Below are positions 46,671 through 60,960 of a stretch of DNA of 64,000 bases, piece after piece. The stretch is from positions 1,178,001-1,242,000 of the forward strand of contig JAUFOQ010000017.1 in NCBI GenBank assembly GCA_040285855.1. Direction: 5' to 3'. How positions within the stretch are numbered: the stretch's first letter is position 1; each line of letters begins with the position of its first letter. Position numbers and translations under genes: made by a program. The notes beneath the pieces were generated by a model. That model saw only the letters and a list, made by a program, of their open reading frames with translations, was not told the DNA's origin and made no database searches. Origin of the DNA: Eukaryota sp. GEM-RC1. Its lineage: Eukaryota.

Positions 46671-47183
46671 AAGCCGTTAGTAGTAAAGTTTGCCACTTAC
46701 GATGAAAAAGCTCACAAGCTACTTGCGGAACATGGTTATGCCCCAGAGTTGTATCATTTTGAGGAGATTGCTGATCAGTTAATTTTGATTGAAATGGAAT
46801 ATTTAGATCCTAAGGAATTTACTTTGTTAGACTCTCTTGTTGACTCCTCTTTGGAAGATAAGACGAAGGTGTTAAAGGAGATCCGTAAAGCTGTTAATCT
46901 ACTTAATTCCAACTATATTGTACATGGAGACCTTCGCCCTTCAAATATTTTTGTTTCTAAATCGACTTGTGAGATCAAGATATTCGATTTTGACTTTGCC
47001 GGCCGCCATAATGAGTCTTACATGAGTGTTTTTGTGGATGAATCAGTTGTCTTTAGAAAACCGTATGAAAAACTGGATCTGCGAATGAATAATGATGATG
47101 TCGATCGAATTGAAAAATGTTGTTCAATTAGTATCGTCAATTTCTGGTTTGGTTTTATTGTTTTAGTATTGTTGTGGTTTTAA
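46671..47183 (+). pseudogene. C-terminal kinase part of the gene begun at 38203
   Basis: KPLVVKFATYDEKAHKLLAEHGYAPELY in frame with the ORF at 46749; IEMEYL, IVHGDLRPSNIF, IKIFDFDFAG. Confidence 0.8.
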
Positions 47184-47671
47184 TAGAGAATTTTTAGTTG
47201 TACTGTTTGAGAGCTAACCGTATAATCTTTTTGTACTTTGGACGGTTTCCGATTTTGATGACAATCACGTGCTTAACATACTTGCAATTAGAAGTTTCTG
47301 CTTTTCTGACTGTATGGAATTGAATATCTCGGTTCTTCACATACTGAATATTGTCTGGATAATACATGTTTCTAATGAGATTGGTCTTCAATTGAATTAT
47401 AAAAATCGTATTGGTTCGTCATCATTTGAGTTCATTTGTTTTACGCTCCAGACAGCGTACGGTCGATGGTGATCTGTGCCATATGTATTGATATAAAGTT
47501 ATCCAATTGATTTATACAAACAACATATCCGATACAAAACTAGACCCCAACACGAAAAAATTCTGCGAAAAACAAACAATGTTAAACAACAACAACAATG
47601 TTAAAATAATAAATAAGAATACAATTAGCAATCAACGACCACAAAATTTACAACAGTTTCATTGAGAACAA

Positions 47672-50326
47672 TCACCGATCATACACAAAATCAGTATCAA
47701 CAGCAAGTGATTGATTTAAATTATCATTGGCAGTCAAAGGTCTATTAGTAAACTCAGTCCCTTTTGTAAGATACTTGACCCACGGAACTTCCTTTCCTTG
47801 TTCTTGAGGTTCTTCTAAGGAATCCATGAGCTCTAATCGTCGCTGATTGATCTTATTGGCTCTACTAATCTCAGATCGCAATGATCGCAAACTATCAGAC
47901 GAATTAGGCCGATTAAATGCCGTTCTAGCAGTTCCTGGTCTACTTTCAGGATACACAAAAGAACTTGAAGTATCAAGAGACATTTGAACAGACTGTTGTG
48001 TTGTGGGACGAGAAGAGGGCAGAGAGTGTATAACAGGTTCAGGTTCAACAAATTTACTGATTACGGGGTAATTAGAAGGACGGTAAACGTCATCATTATA
48101 CCTGGAATCGTCATCCTCGTGATCAGATGGGACATCGTGGAAAGTCTTTTTCTCAGAAACTCTTTCCACCACGGAAGACCTACGTGATGGCTTTTTGGAT
48201 TGTTCTTCAGCAGCCTTTTGTTTCTTTTGCTCATCTAATAGTTGCAGAAGTTGCTGAGAAACAGTCTGTAAATCATCCTTTGTAGCAACATTCTTTTGTT
48301 CAAGAGCAGGAGGCTTTGCATTCATATTCCCCAAAAGAGAAACAATATTATCATAAAACGATCTCAAGTCATCCTTTGTAACTACATCAGGATTATTCTG
48401 TTCTACCGGAGCAGGTGGTGGAGGAAACAAAGGTCTGGTAGGTCCAGGATCATTATAGTACTGGGTCACTGGAGGAGGAAGAGACACTGTAGGAAGGTTC
48501 TGCACGTGACTGACACGTGGCACTTCTTGATGATGACGCAATGTAGAGGGATGATTGGAAGCATTGGAAACTGAACGGCCAACACTGACTACTTCTAGGG
48601 GGGCAGCCATGGGAGGATTCTGGGGGTGGTTAGAGAGACCAGCATTGAACTCATTAGCTTGTCTCTCTTGAATCAGGTCAAAATCACGTTCCTTCTTACG
48701 TTCCATTTCTTTCTGATGACGTTTATGGTCAATCTGCTGCTGCCATTCAAGTCTGGCTTGTTCTTGTTGACGTTGCTTGGCTAGAATTGATTGATGATCC
48801 AGGGGCCCATTGCGAAGTTCAGCAACTCCATTCATGAAGCTTTTGGTAGGAGAGCTTGATTGAGAAGGTTCTGGACTGTATGAAGGAGTTTGGGGTTGGT
48901 TGAAAGAAGTATTGAAATTTCTAGGAGGAGAAACAACATTCATGTCAGGTTCAGCTTTTTGTAGAGGTGCACCATGGCCACCACGACCATACGGATTGTA
49001 ATTTTGCATTTCACGTTCTTTTTTTAATTCATATTCTTCCTCTTTTCTCTTTTGCTCTGCTTCTCGACGTTTCTTCTCTTCCATTTGTCTCTCGAGCTCC
49101 ATTCGAGCTTGTTCTTGCTGACGTTTCTTGTTAAAAAGAGCTTGTTGATCAACAGGACCATTATGCATACCTGAAACTCCGTTCATGAAATTTCTAGGAG
49201 GTGAAGACATTTCCGGGGTTTGGGATGGGAAGATAGAATGTCCCTTGTTATCAGAAGCTCTGTCAAAAGACGTACTATAAGTTCTTGGAGGAGAAACAAC
49301 ATTAACTTCAGGTTCAGCTTTTTGTAGAGGTGCACCATGACCACCACGACCATACGGATTGTAATTTTGCATTTCACGTTCTTTTTTTAATTCATATTCT
49401 TCCTCTTTTCTCTTTTGCTCTGCTTCTCGACGTTTCTTCTCTTCCATTTGTCTCTCGAGCTCCATTCGAGCTTGTTCTTGTTGACGTTTCTTGTTAAATA
49501 GAGCTTGTTGATCAACAGGACCATTATGCATGCCTGAAACTCCATTCATGAAATTTCTAGGAGGTGAAGACATTTCCGGAGTTTGGGATGGGAAGATAGA
49601 ATGGCCCTTGTTATCAGAAGCTCTGTCAAAGGACGTACTATAAGTTCTGGGTGGAGAAACAACATTAACTTCAGGTTCAGCTTTTTGTAGAGGTGCACCA
49701 TGACCACCACGACCATACGGATTGTAATTTTGCATTTCACGTTCTTTTTTTTAATTCAAACTCACGTTCTTTTCTTTTTTTCTTCTGCTCGTTGTCTCTT
49801 CTTTTCTTCCATTTGTTGTTCTAATTCAAATCGAGCTTGTTCTTGTTGCCTCTTCTTATTTGAAACAGCAGGATAGTTCAATAAACCATTATCATTTTGA
49901 TCAGCTACACCACCCATAGCTTTTCTCATTTCGACTGAGGATCTCAGTTGATGGGGAGGAGAAAGCCACTACTGAAGGCTGGGTTATTGGGGGATACGAG
50001 TGAGGTTGAGACTGGGAGTTAGATAGAGAAGATGATTGGGAAGAATGATGGGAGTCTGGGTAGGTTGGAGGTTCGTCTTGGAGAGGTTTGTTGTTCGAAT
50101 ATGAATCAAGTGGACTAGGGCGAAGGTTTGCTGTCAAGTTTTGAAGTGAAGACCTAGAAATGGTGTTACTTGGAGGAGGAATATGTTTGGATTTGGAAGA
50201 GGTTTGGGAGGTTGGTGGATTGTTGTTTCGTTGAGCTCGTTGAAGTGCTCTTAGACGAAGACGTTTTTCTCTTTCTGATTCCGAAGCAACAGGGTGAGAT
50301 GATGATGGTAGACTAACTACCTGCAT
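47672..50326 (-). CDS. CSPP1-like centrosomal/ciliary coiled-coil protein (frameshifts ~49750-49900)
   Basis: Repeated YNPYGRGGHGAP motif preceded by ELERQMEEKKRR coiled coils. Confidence 0.55.
48920..49745 (-). repeat. 363-bp (121-aa) coding tandem repeat, two full copies plus a partial third
   Basis: Near-identical units starting MQNYNPYGRGG at 49735, 49372 and 49009. Confidence 0.9.
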
Positions 50327-50709
50327 TCACGAAAGGCAAAACTGAACTTTCTTCCTTCTAATAATCATTTAAGGGTTGCTTGATCTTATTTCTTCACTTG
50401 ATACTACCTTTGAATTTATGCGTTTCCTAATATCTTCTCTGTGTTCGGCAGTCTAGCAGCGTATCCTCGTTGGATACGTCATCCAACTGAACTTCTCTCC
50501 CTCATCTTATCATGTGAATCTTCTCAAGATCATATTGAATAACTCCGGTCCTTAATAACATGCGGTTTTTACCATTGAATTTCACAGCTAAGAGATTTTT
50601 TCCAAATAGCACAGGCTAAGCAAATATATTAAACAAACTAACAACTCGGAAATACAATAAAATACAATACAAAATGAACAAAACTAAGAAAAATCAGTAA
50701 AACTCTTTT

Positions 50710-51798
50710 TTACGAATAACTTCTAGACAACTGGGATAGGGCTTTAGTAGCTGCTTCTGCACCTCTGGACAAACCAATTCCACTTCTCAACATGGCCGAA
50801 GTCTTTGGCGTGGTGCCCAGTTCAGGCGAGGAACTTCGCTCAAAACTAGCAACAAAATAATCCTCCGCATTTTTAAAATTGTGTGATCCCAAAGTCATTC
50901 TTGCCATCACTTCATCAACAAGGTCAGAATGATCAGAATCACATCTGATTAACTGCCTAAAACGCTGATAAGAAATCTCACTCTGCGGAATCATCCCCAA
51001 ACAATAATAACAAACAACTAGATTCCCAGACGCAATCCGCTCAAAAACCACGTCATTGAGCTCTACTGCATGCGTCAAGGCCTCCTTAAGACACTCCAAA
51101 GCACTTGTATAATCATGAAGAGCTATATACCCCATCCCCATGTTAGTTCTCGCATTGAAAAGGTTTGATCTAGCGTTATTAGTTAATTCATCATCTAAAT
51201 CGAACTGGTCATATAACTTGGTAATTTCAGAAGAATAAGCAACGGACTTATGAAAATGTTCGGCCACGTCATCAGTGAGATCTTCTGTTGACTTCAGTTG
51301 ACCAAGGCGGAAATACGTGACTGATAAACAATTCAATGTAAGAGCTTGAAGCTGACGTTCACCAAGGAAGTCAGCAATGCCGAGACAGAGCTGATATTGC
51401 TTTAGAGAGGCGTTGTACTTAGCATGATTGTCCAAGAGGACTCCGATCTTCAGTCTGACGTGGATTTCATCTCTGAATTTACTAGCCCTGTTACAAGAGG
51501 ACGCGATCAATTTTAGGTCTTTCAAAGAGGATAGAGTGTGGGCGGAAGGTTTATCGAAAGGTCGAGCAGGAGAGGGAGATGGGAGGGTTGGGGTTTTACG
51601 GCAGCTACGAGTGGGGGTTTTGGGAGTGGATGGGGTTTTGCAAAGAATTGGTGATGGTGAGGAAATGCCACCAATAACTCTAGAAGGAGCTTTAATTGAA
51701 GCAGGGAAAGAAATGGAGAGGATCTCTCCTACATTGGAAGCAGAACGGCCAGGTCTTTTTATGTTTGACGAGATTCGTTGGGCAATTGGTGTCTGCAT
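50710..51798 (-). CDS. TPR-repeat protein with Pro/Ser-rich N-terminus
   Basis: TPR-like helices (LKIGVLLDNHAKYNASLKQYQLCL; TNMGMGYIALHDYTSALECLKEAL). Confidence 0.7.
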   Translation of the reverse strand: MQTPIAQRISSNIKRPGRSASNVGEILSISFPASIKAPSRVIGGISSPSPILCKTPSTPKTPTRSCRKTPTLPSPSPARPFDKPSAHTLSSLKDLKLIASSCNRASKFRDEIHVRLKIGVLLDNHAKYNASLKQYQLCLGIADFLGERQLQALTLNCLSVTYFRLGQLKSTEDLTDDVAEHFHKSVAYSSEITKLYDQFDLDDELTNNARSNLFNARTNMGMGYIALHDYTSALECLKEALTHAVELNDVVFERIASGNLVVCYYCLGMIPQSEISYQRFRQLIRCDSDHSDLVDEVMARMTLGSHNFKNAEDYFVASFERSSSPELGTTPKTSAMLRSGIGLSRGAEAATKALSQLSRSYS

Positions 51799-52037
51799 AG
51801 TGGTGTTAGGAAATTGGCACGATTCCCATCATCCAAACTGTTGAATTACAGCTGATCATCACCCCACTGTCTAAATGTGTTCCGTGACAATCTTACTAGG
51901 ATATCCCAAGATGTCAGCGAGTTCCGACTTGTATTATACTTTATATCTTAAATATTTATGTGAAGACAATTAAAAATGACACAGATGTAAATAGAAAACA
52001 GCATATCAAACAAGATCTAATAAAAAACTAAATTAAA

Positions 52038-55000
52038 CTAAACAGTTTTAGCCACACTACAAATTCTTTTAACAATGGCTCTTTCCATACTAGGCAACTT
52101 GCCAATCAATCGTTGCCTATCTGATTTTGATAGTGATAGAACAAGCTCATTGATTGAGGAAACAAAGGAAGTTGAAGTGGTGGAACTGGAAACTTGACTA
52201 TATAGAGGAGCAACTACAAACACTAAAGGATGGATCAAATGGAAAGTTTTAATTTTTGGAAGCATAAATATGGGAAAAGATTCTGCTCAGAATATCTAAA
52301 ACTTCTTGGGAAATTAGTGAAGGAGTTTGGACAAATTTTGAAATATACCGACATAGAGAAAAAACAATAACGGCAAACAAATTACTATGTTTTAAATCAG
52401 AAATTCTAAACCGAATGATGTTGGAGAAACATTTGAGTGTTGATGAACTCACACAATCACAATGATTGATGACGTTAATGATGATGGAAATCAGCCTCGA
52501 TTTCAGTTTGAAAGTTTTCGCTGCTAATAGATTATTTAAAAATGAAATAATATTTGGAGAGATTGAAGAGACATCATCGGTTGAAATTAAATACTTATCA
52601 ATTATCTGGAAAATTGGAAAAGTACTGGTACAATTGCATGAGCTACAATTCGTCCAGTTGATTGATTACTTACTAGATTGAGCATGTTGATAGATCCAAT
52701 CAGATAGTCAAGAGATGGCTCATTATCGAATTTTTTAAATTTGTTCAACATTTCCTCAAAGAATGACGTGATATCAGAAGGATGCATTGATGTAATAAAT
52801 TTGATGAACAACTCCTGAGAACAAGCAGAATCAGATGAAGAATTAAACAAATTGACCCACTGGTCAACAGAAGTCAGCTGACTTTTGGAGGGATCGACAT
52901 TGAAGCGTTCAACAGCATGTCGATACCGATCAGAAACAGCAAGACTTTCCAATTCCAATGAAAGATTAGCAATATTGGAAAACTTGAAAGTATAAATGAA
53001 ATCAGAAACTTGTTGAACTACTGGTACAGGTGCATCCGAATTTAAAAGTTTAATGAATAATTTAAAAACAACTTCTGAATTGGACTTTAAGTCAATACAT
53101 TGAGCACAATCATTTAAAAGTTGTGGAAGATGGGAAAAGAAGTTGGCATTAAGAGATGAAAAATTGGCCTCAATGAAATTTAAAAATTGGCAACAGAATT
53201 CGGCACAATCATCGGGGAATTGCACAAAAAGAGTCGAAAATCCAGAGATAAAATCGACAATTTTGGAAAAGTTAACTAGATTCACATTTTGAGTAACAAA
53301 TTTCAACACATCCGAGAGTAAGAGCGACAGAATTGACCTGTTGCAATTATTTACGATAAAAACAGCTAATTTCAACAACAAAAGAGTCTTTGATAAACTT
53401 TTCTCAGCCTTTTTCAAATTTTTAGAGTCGGAAATTAATTTCATCATGATTATTTTGAACTGTAAAGCTGATATCGAAGGACAATCATCATAATTGGAAT
53501 CACTCAGCAAAGGAAAGAAGACATCAATCAATAATGATGGAGAAAGAAAAGGAGTCAAGTATAAAACCATAAACGACAAATGATCAAAGACAAAAGGGTC
53601 ATATTGATCTCTTTCAGAAATAATTTTTTTGAAAAAATTAAAAATTGTTTGGACTTGAACTTCCTTATTGTTAACAAAAAACGAGAAACTGACGGAAGAA
53701 ACGAAAAAAGTAGACAAATACCAACTCAAAGCACATTTAGGATTCGAGAGCAAATTTTCAAAAATTGTCTTAAAAATGTCGTTCTGAATAGAAATATGAA
53801 TCACAGACACGGTTTTTGAAAAGATGTGATGAATTTCGAATTGTTTAAAAAAATTGGATCTGAAATAAAACTAAACTTTTGAGAATTCGTCAGCATAGTC
53901 GATATCAAGTCAGGTAATTGTCTAACCTCACCAAAAGAATGGAAAATATTTTCAAAAAACAGATAATCTTCAAATTTCGATGTTGGATTACAACTTGACA
54001 GTAATTCTAAAACTTTGGCTGGAAAAATTAGAGCAACTCTTGACAGAAATTCAAAATCTAAAGATTGTTCACATGAAACTATTAAATTAAACATCATTTC
54101 AAGAAAATTCAATCTTTCAGGGGTTAAAAAGGAACCCCACTTATTTTGACAAATTTCAAATAATTTCCTAAAATAATTTGGGTTGCTTTTTCCAGATGAC
54201 AATGTAACAAAAACAAACGCAAATTCAAGAAGATAATCTCGCTCAGTATCAACAAATATTTCAGATTCAAATATTAAAAATTGTGCAAGGTACACTGCAA
54301 AAGGATTTCCAACACATTGTTTTAAAATTTGTCGAGTCCAAATTTTATTTGATGATTTGAAGAAGTCTTCGGAATTCAACGTTAAGAAAACGTCATTAGT
54401 TGTGTTTAACACTTCAGGGGGAAACCAACTGAGTCCAATCATTTTTGATTGAATCCGAGAATATTATTCGTGAAACCGTGGAAAAACACCGCTTCAGTGA
54501 TGAGAAAACACCAGTGTTATTGAAAGACGAATGGAAAAAGACATCTGAAAGTTTCAAAACATCTTGAAACATAGTCTCAAAGAGTCTTTTTGGAGAGATT
54601 GGAGTGAAACGTGTCAATGGAAACAGCCATAGTGTCCACAATCTCGTCCATTCGAGAGATTAAGAGAGGATCGTCGTGTGAGAGGAGAGTAGAAGCAAGA
54701 TCGTAGATGAGAGAAATGAGGGATGGGGGACGAAGTAACGAAAGAGTGGAGGAGAAGAAGGAGGAGAACTCTTGTAAGGGGAGGGAGAGGTTGTCAGTGA
54801 TGAGTGGTAATGATGATTCAATTGTTGATGTGTTGAGGTTGAAACGACGCGTGAAGTCAGATAGAGTTGTCCAGTACATTGTATCTGAAGGAATAGGACA
54901 TGAAACTAAAGCGGAGAAGGCATCAGAAACATAAAACGATAGAGATGAATCAGAGAGGAAGTTACGGCAGAAAGCTAGTAAGGAAAGGGGATCTTGATTG

Positions 55001-55053
55001 GCAACATCTAAGTTGGAGAGCAACAGATGAGGCCAGTTTAGGGATGAAGCCAT
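52038..55053 (-). CDS. Large alpha-helical protein, multiply frameshifted; C-terminus weakly Urb2/Npa2-like
   Basis: Chain of overlapping minus-strand ORFs; C-terminal LSKSDRQRLIGKLPSMERAIVKRI; identity tentative. Confidence 0.45.
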
Positions 55054-55479
55054 GAAATTTGTACGGCTCGTAAATAAAGATAGAATAACTTATCTAGATC
55101 CAAATCCCAAACACCACAAAGCACACAAGATATATCAAAGTAAGCGGACTACTGATGGCGTAGTCCCTTACTATCGGACCAAACCCAGATCCAGTAGAGA
55201 AAGTGAAGTGTATTTTGAATATATTTATAACAGAGTTTAAGACGAATAAACTAATACGGCTTTGTACAGCCTATAATTTCAAGGTCTGTATTGAACAAAT
55301 ATGAGAACTTGACTTTAGTCACGCTTTGGGTGTTTATCAAATGATGAGACATAACTTTTGGAACAAACACAACTCTATATACCGTATCCAGATCTCCTCA
55401 TAAATAAATATAATATCTATCTATTTCTATTTATTTTTGGCACTTTTTCACGATTTGTTTTTATTCATCTACGTGCAGT

Positions 55480-56045
55480 AATTCATGATGGTGGACGTGA
55501 TTCTTGTTGTTCCATGTTTAAAGCACATGGTTTTTACTCTTAAGTTGATCCAGTTTTGAATCACCTTTCAGAAAATGAATTTACTGATCAAACAAGAGGG
55601 GACCTGCATACTCCGTGGCTAAAATCGAGTCAATCATGAATGGATTTTACTACAGTAGATGTTTGTAACAAACCTTGTGTTAGCATGATATTAGATTCTT
55701 CTTGTAATCCGTTAACAGCTGCTGAAAAGATCAAACACTCCAAGTATGACTCTCAAGTAGAAGAGTTAAACCGAAACTCATATTCCAAATTGTTGTTTCA
55801 ACCTTTTGCTGTTTCTCTTTTTGGATCGATTAGTCCTGCTGGTGATCAATTCTTCAGGGATTTCGAAGAACTGTGTAAAGAAAAGAAGCGTAAGTTTAGA
55901 ATGACAGGATGTAAAAACCGTATTGGGTTTTCCATCTATAGGAATAAGCATTTCTATATTCTCTCGATTAATTGAGAAATTGTACAAGTTTGCTGAGAAG
56001 GTTAATGTTGAAAAGCGTAATCACTTACCGAATGGGGATGGATTT
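55480..56045 (+). mobile_element. RLE non-LTR retrotransposon 3' remnant
   Basis: RGDLHTPWL...MDFTTVDV...AAEKIKHSKY...FQPFAVSLFG; 3' tail shared with ~7770 and ~20125. Confidence 0.65.
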
Positions 56046-57183
56046 AATATTAGTATTATTCTCAGTTCAAACTCTTTTGTCAGTTCATTTTGCCGTTTAC
56101 ACACAGCAGACTGTAGAGAAAAATTGCTTTGTATAGTTGCTAATCGACTACACGCCCATTCGCACTCGATATGAAGCCCTAATTCCTATAAATTATCCAG
56201 ATATCAGTTTATTGTACAGAAACCCATTATTGAGTTTTGTAGACGAAATTATGTTACCAATTCGTTTCAAAAAGTTCTTGTAGTTTTGTTTTTCATCTGC
56301 TGATAATTATACTGAACATTTTCCTAAAAAGAGACGTTATGTTCGTTTCATGATTCACATCGCAAATGAGGCGATAACATATCCTTTAAAGACTTGATGG
56401 TAGAACTACGGTAAGTTTATAGTTTCGTAATGATGTGTGTTTTGAATGTTGTATATGATTTGTGTTAATCACTAATAGCCAACAGCACTTATATAGACTT
56501 TATAAGTCGTTTGATTGAGTGTATACTTTTAATTTCTGGAGATTGACTTCGACAAGAGGATATTATTAAAACACAAATGTGGAGTACGATTTTCAATTTA
56601 ATTCTTCTAATTAAAAAATGGGTCATGTTTTTCGCTCTATTCATCCTGAACTCACCATTGATCTTGCTAGTTAATTAAATTCTTTGAGAAGTAAGTTTTA
56701 AAGACGAAAACTCAACCCAAAGCTTTCCAATTTGTTTACGTGCAGAGTTAAAAGCATTTTTGCCAGGGTACAGAAACACGCGGATCGTGTGGTATTATAT
56801 GTAATACAATATTGTTCCTTATTAAAAGTCATAAGAATGAAGATAGAAGTGGCATTAATACTCCCAGTGTGTCTTTTTTTTGAACATAATGGAAAGGTTG
56901 TACAAAGTAATTTGCAATTTAGAGATTGAACTTTCGTCTTTTTAGTGAAACAGTATGGATAAAAACGCATACAACAAAAACGTCTAACGCAAACACACGG
57001 GATGGTAAAAACGTAATCCGTGTGTTGTGTACTCATTTTGCGGTTATACTAAAAACAAAGCACTTTAACTGAGAGACATCATTCTCTTAAGAAATAACAA
57101 AATAAAAAGAACCCACAACCTCAGTCCTTCAACTGAACTACTATAAGATAGTCTTTAACGAAAGAACAAAATAGGAATAAGCA

Positions 57184-58599
57184 TCAGAGGGTGCGATGAA
57201 AGTCGATTCTTGCAACATAGTTCTTTTGTAGATGGTCAAAAACATCGTCTGTTTTTGCACAAAGCTGCATCTCTCCAGTTGTCTCGTACCGTGAACCGTT
57301 GTTGACGGTGTAGTCACCGTTTTCATTTACTTCCACGTGTTGATACTTTAGTTCCTTTGTGGGAACAGAATTCTTATAAAAACGTTCTGCATCAAAAATA
57401 CCGTTGTCCGCGATTGGACCAATTAAGGACAGTTTCTCAATAGATTTCATTTCTTTAAATAGGTGGCCCTTAGAACGATAAAAGTACACAGCCTTTGACC
57501 ATTCAGATAGTTCATTACCAGTTTTGTGAGTTGATAGAGACTAACAGTTGCTGCGTATAGCATTTGAAACTTTGTAAACAAGTACCGAACACGTGTCATC
57601 ATCACGATTCCTGTGAAATGCGACATTTCTAGCGTACCAGACAGAAGATGTAAGATAAAAATATTCGGTATATGGAAGATGGAAATCATTAAAGTTGTTG
57701 CGTTCTGCCTTACGGTCAATTCCTTCCAGTATATTGTCAGCAGCCATGCAATTTGTACCATGATAATACAACTTATAATTACCTCGTTCATCTTCATTTT
57801 GTAGAACCCTGATTACAGCATTTAAAGAATTCATATCGTCATTACAATTAATCACAATGGTTTTCCTATTGTCAATGCAGTCATTTACCTCACCTGGAGT
57901 AGTTGAAGTAGGGCCAGGTCTACTCCCATTGAAGGAAGATCTCTCAGGTAGGGTGTGGCTCAACGTATTTTGGAGCAAATCAGCACAATTTTTCAAGAGA
58001 GACTCATGATGATTAGGATGTAAATCCCAAAACTTACAGAGAAAATGAGATACAGTGTCATTAATACCAGCCGCCTGTAGAAGAGCTCTCGGGTTGAGAA
58101 GTTGTTCGTCATCATTGTCTTTTGTTTTCTTGCTCAAAATTTCAAGCATGATATCATAAATATTCACGTATGGACTGTCTAGAAAAGATTCGTCAAGAGA
58201 ATGGAAATCGGAGAAGCCCAAGAGGGGTAGTCTAGCGGACAAAGTTGGTTTCTCAGACATCAAAATACATTTTCGTTCATCAGCCTCATTAAAAAGGCAA
58301 CACAAACAGTCGTACAAGTTACCTTTCAACTCGAAATTTTGAGGAAAATGAGTGTTGATTATATGACAAACACAAACTTGTAGAAGAGGAACGAGACCTT
58401 GATTTACATAATCATCAAAGGTGCATGGGTAATCAGAAGTAGAATTATGTTCGGTAAACTGCTGAAGACGACAGTTTAATTCTTCAATTTGACAGTCCTT
58501 CATGAGTTCGAACTGCATAACAGACCGCAGAAGAGTGAAAAGACAGTGTTGATTGGCAATGGTCATCGTTTGCAAAAAGTGGAAAAATGTCCTGGTCAA
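57184..58599 (-). pseudogene. Protein with C-terminal DUF3990-like (ADP-ribosyltransferase-fold) domain, frameshifted
   Basis: LYYHGT...NDF...FYLTSS..YARNVA...VLVYKV...LIGPIADNG...QLCAKT motif order. Confidence 0.55.
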
Positions 58600-60359
58600 C
58601 TACCAACATTTCTCGTCCCTGAAGCACAAGCAACTCCCGTCCCTCATTTCCCTCGATCCCCCTTTTAATCTTCTCTTTCATGATGATGCTCTCTTTTGCT
58701 CAAATGGATGATATTGTGACACGATGGCTGTTTCTGTTGAAACTCCAAGACATATGTGTCATCAACCTCGAGAAGAAATTACTTGAAGAAGTTTCCAGTT
58801 TCTGAAGTAGATGGGAAGTAGCGAATTCAACTTATTGATCATGTTAGATAACTGAAATCAAATCAGTAGACGATTTGATAAAATTGTCAGGCATTGGTCT
58901 CCTACTACTGCATAATTCCAGCGTTATGTGCTAACGACCATACGTGTGTGACATTTTCCACCAAAAAGTGGGTTAATTATCTGTGTTATGTCTATCTTCA
59001 GAAGTTACAACTACATCCGTACAAATGTAATCCAATCTCTCGATATCATTCAATCAAATACAATAGAACTGTAGCTAAGATCTGAAGGTGTTGTAGTTTA
59101 GTTAGAACAAGACAATTGATTATGAAAAAAAATGTAAATTGGTGACTCGGATTTATCATTAAATATCATATTTAGATGTTGAATGAAAGAAAACGGATAC
59201 TTCTTGATAAGCACCCGAAATAAAATACACAGTATACTGTGGCTCCTGATTCCCAATTTCTAGTCCTTCATTTTTTTCAAGCTGAAATGCCCTATAAATC
59301 TGATCTTTTACTGAACTGCATCAACGAAGGGGGATCTTCGGCATCTTGATGATGTAGCCGTAACTAACTTGGCAAAATTCGTGATTTTTATTATTCCTCC
59401 TTGGATGCTCTCAGGCCGAAATCTCTCAGTATTCTACAAATGAAGTTTCTCACCAAACAAGGATTAAAAACATCAGGAACTACCAGACAAACATTTCCAA
59501 CCAGATTTAAATCGTTTAACCAATCTAGGAACAGCCATTTCAGGATATTTTGCTAAGTCGTAGAAGAAGACATATCATACTCCTTGTTGTAGCAACGTCG
59601 AAGTGTCGTATTAAGAGAAAAGTTTTCCTGGGCAGTTTTGGTTTTAAAATTTAATAATTCTTGTTTTGAAATAATGAAGTTGGAAACGTCAGCTTCGACA
59701 AATGGAGGAGAAGCTTGGGGATGGATGAAACCGCCTGAAGGTCGGGTGAAGTCTACATCTATAGCAAAATCACCAACAACAAATGAAGTTTTGGTGCAAA
59801 TAGGGTTGATTTGTCGAATATTTTTAAATTGTACAATACCAAACACATTGTGAACTTCAGATAAAAATTGTCAACTGTTTGCTTGAATACGTCATCAGTG
59901 GGGGTCATGCAATCAATATCATGTGCTTCGGCATTTGCTAAAAGAAAATCTCTAATAAAGCCACCTAAAATAAATGAATAAGTAAATAAATATACCGTAT
60001 ATTACACAATTGGATCTGCAAAGGGACAAAAGCAGCAAGGGATTCTGATGCTCTAATGTGGCAGAGATGAGGATGAAGTTTATGAGCAAACAACATTGTG
60101 AGTAGATAGCACACATTAGACTAGTATACAACACAGACTAGAACTAGAAGGAGTTCAGTCCAACCATTTCAGTTACAATTTGAAAAATTGGAGTTCATAT
60201 TTTCTATGAAGTTCTGATGTAGTTCTTTCTACGGCTACTTTTGTAACTGTTAGTTAATGTTCTTGCGAAAGCAATTACTTCACTTGTTGGTTATAGACAC
60301 TGTTTTTTTAATAGATATTCTAATTCAGATCTACATATCGATATAAGCACTAAATTAGT

Positions 60360-60550
60360 GTGTTGGATTTTCGATGTGGTGATTTAGTTGCTCCTTTCTT
60401 GGACTCCTCTTCCTCTCATGTTGAGACGGATTTTATTTCAGCCAGACCGTTTGTTCAAGTCTACAAGGACTCCTTGTTGAGTAATTGTAATGATCATATT
60501 GAAAATGTTGACAACGGAAACGTTTCAATTATGTTGATGCTTTGAAGAAA
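60360..60550 (+). mobile_element. RLE retrotransposon fragment
   Basis: FRCGDLVAPFLDSSSSHVETDF...VYKDSLL is paralogous to 20297-20689. Confidence 0.65.
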
Positions 60551-60960
60551 CTTTAACAAAATTCATTTTTAAGTTTTTATTTGTTCTAAGTTGTAAAGGG
60601 GTCAAGTTGACCTTATTTTAGGCGACCTTCTTGTTGATGGATAGAATTTTGCTTACATTTTCCAAATAGTCCAAACATTTTTAGGAACAATAAAACTCTT
60701 TTGATAATCCAAAAGAATGAACTTAGCAGCTGTGTATTGGATTTACAATTTAACTAAACCTAAACTCTAAACCCTGTTGATATGACATGATGGGCTAGAT
60801 GTAAGGCTGGAAGATTGTAGTGTGATGTAGCAATGCTTGTGATATGACAAGGTAGGTCGGAACTCCTATTTCTCTAGTTGAAGCAATGATAGAGCACTAA
60901 AACAGAGTGTATTCCAGTGAGGTGTATTTCGAGGAAGAAAAAGGACATCCCTATTTAAAA

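Noticed and set aside
59553..59846. 97-aa minus-strand ORF
   Set aside because: Coding-like but unrecognisable and flanked by stops; no supportable call.
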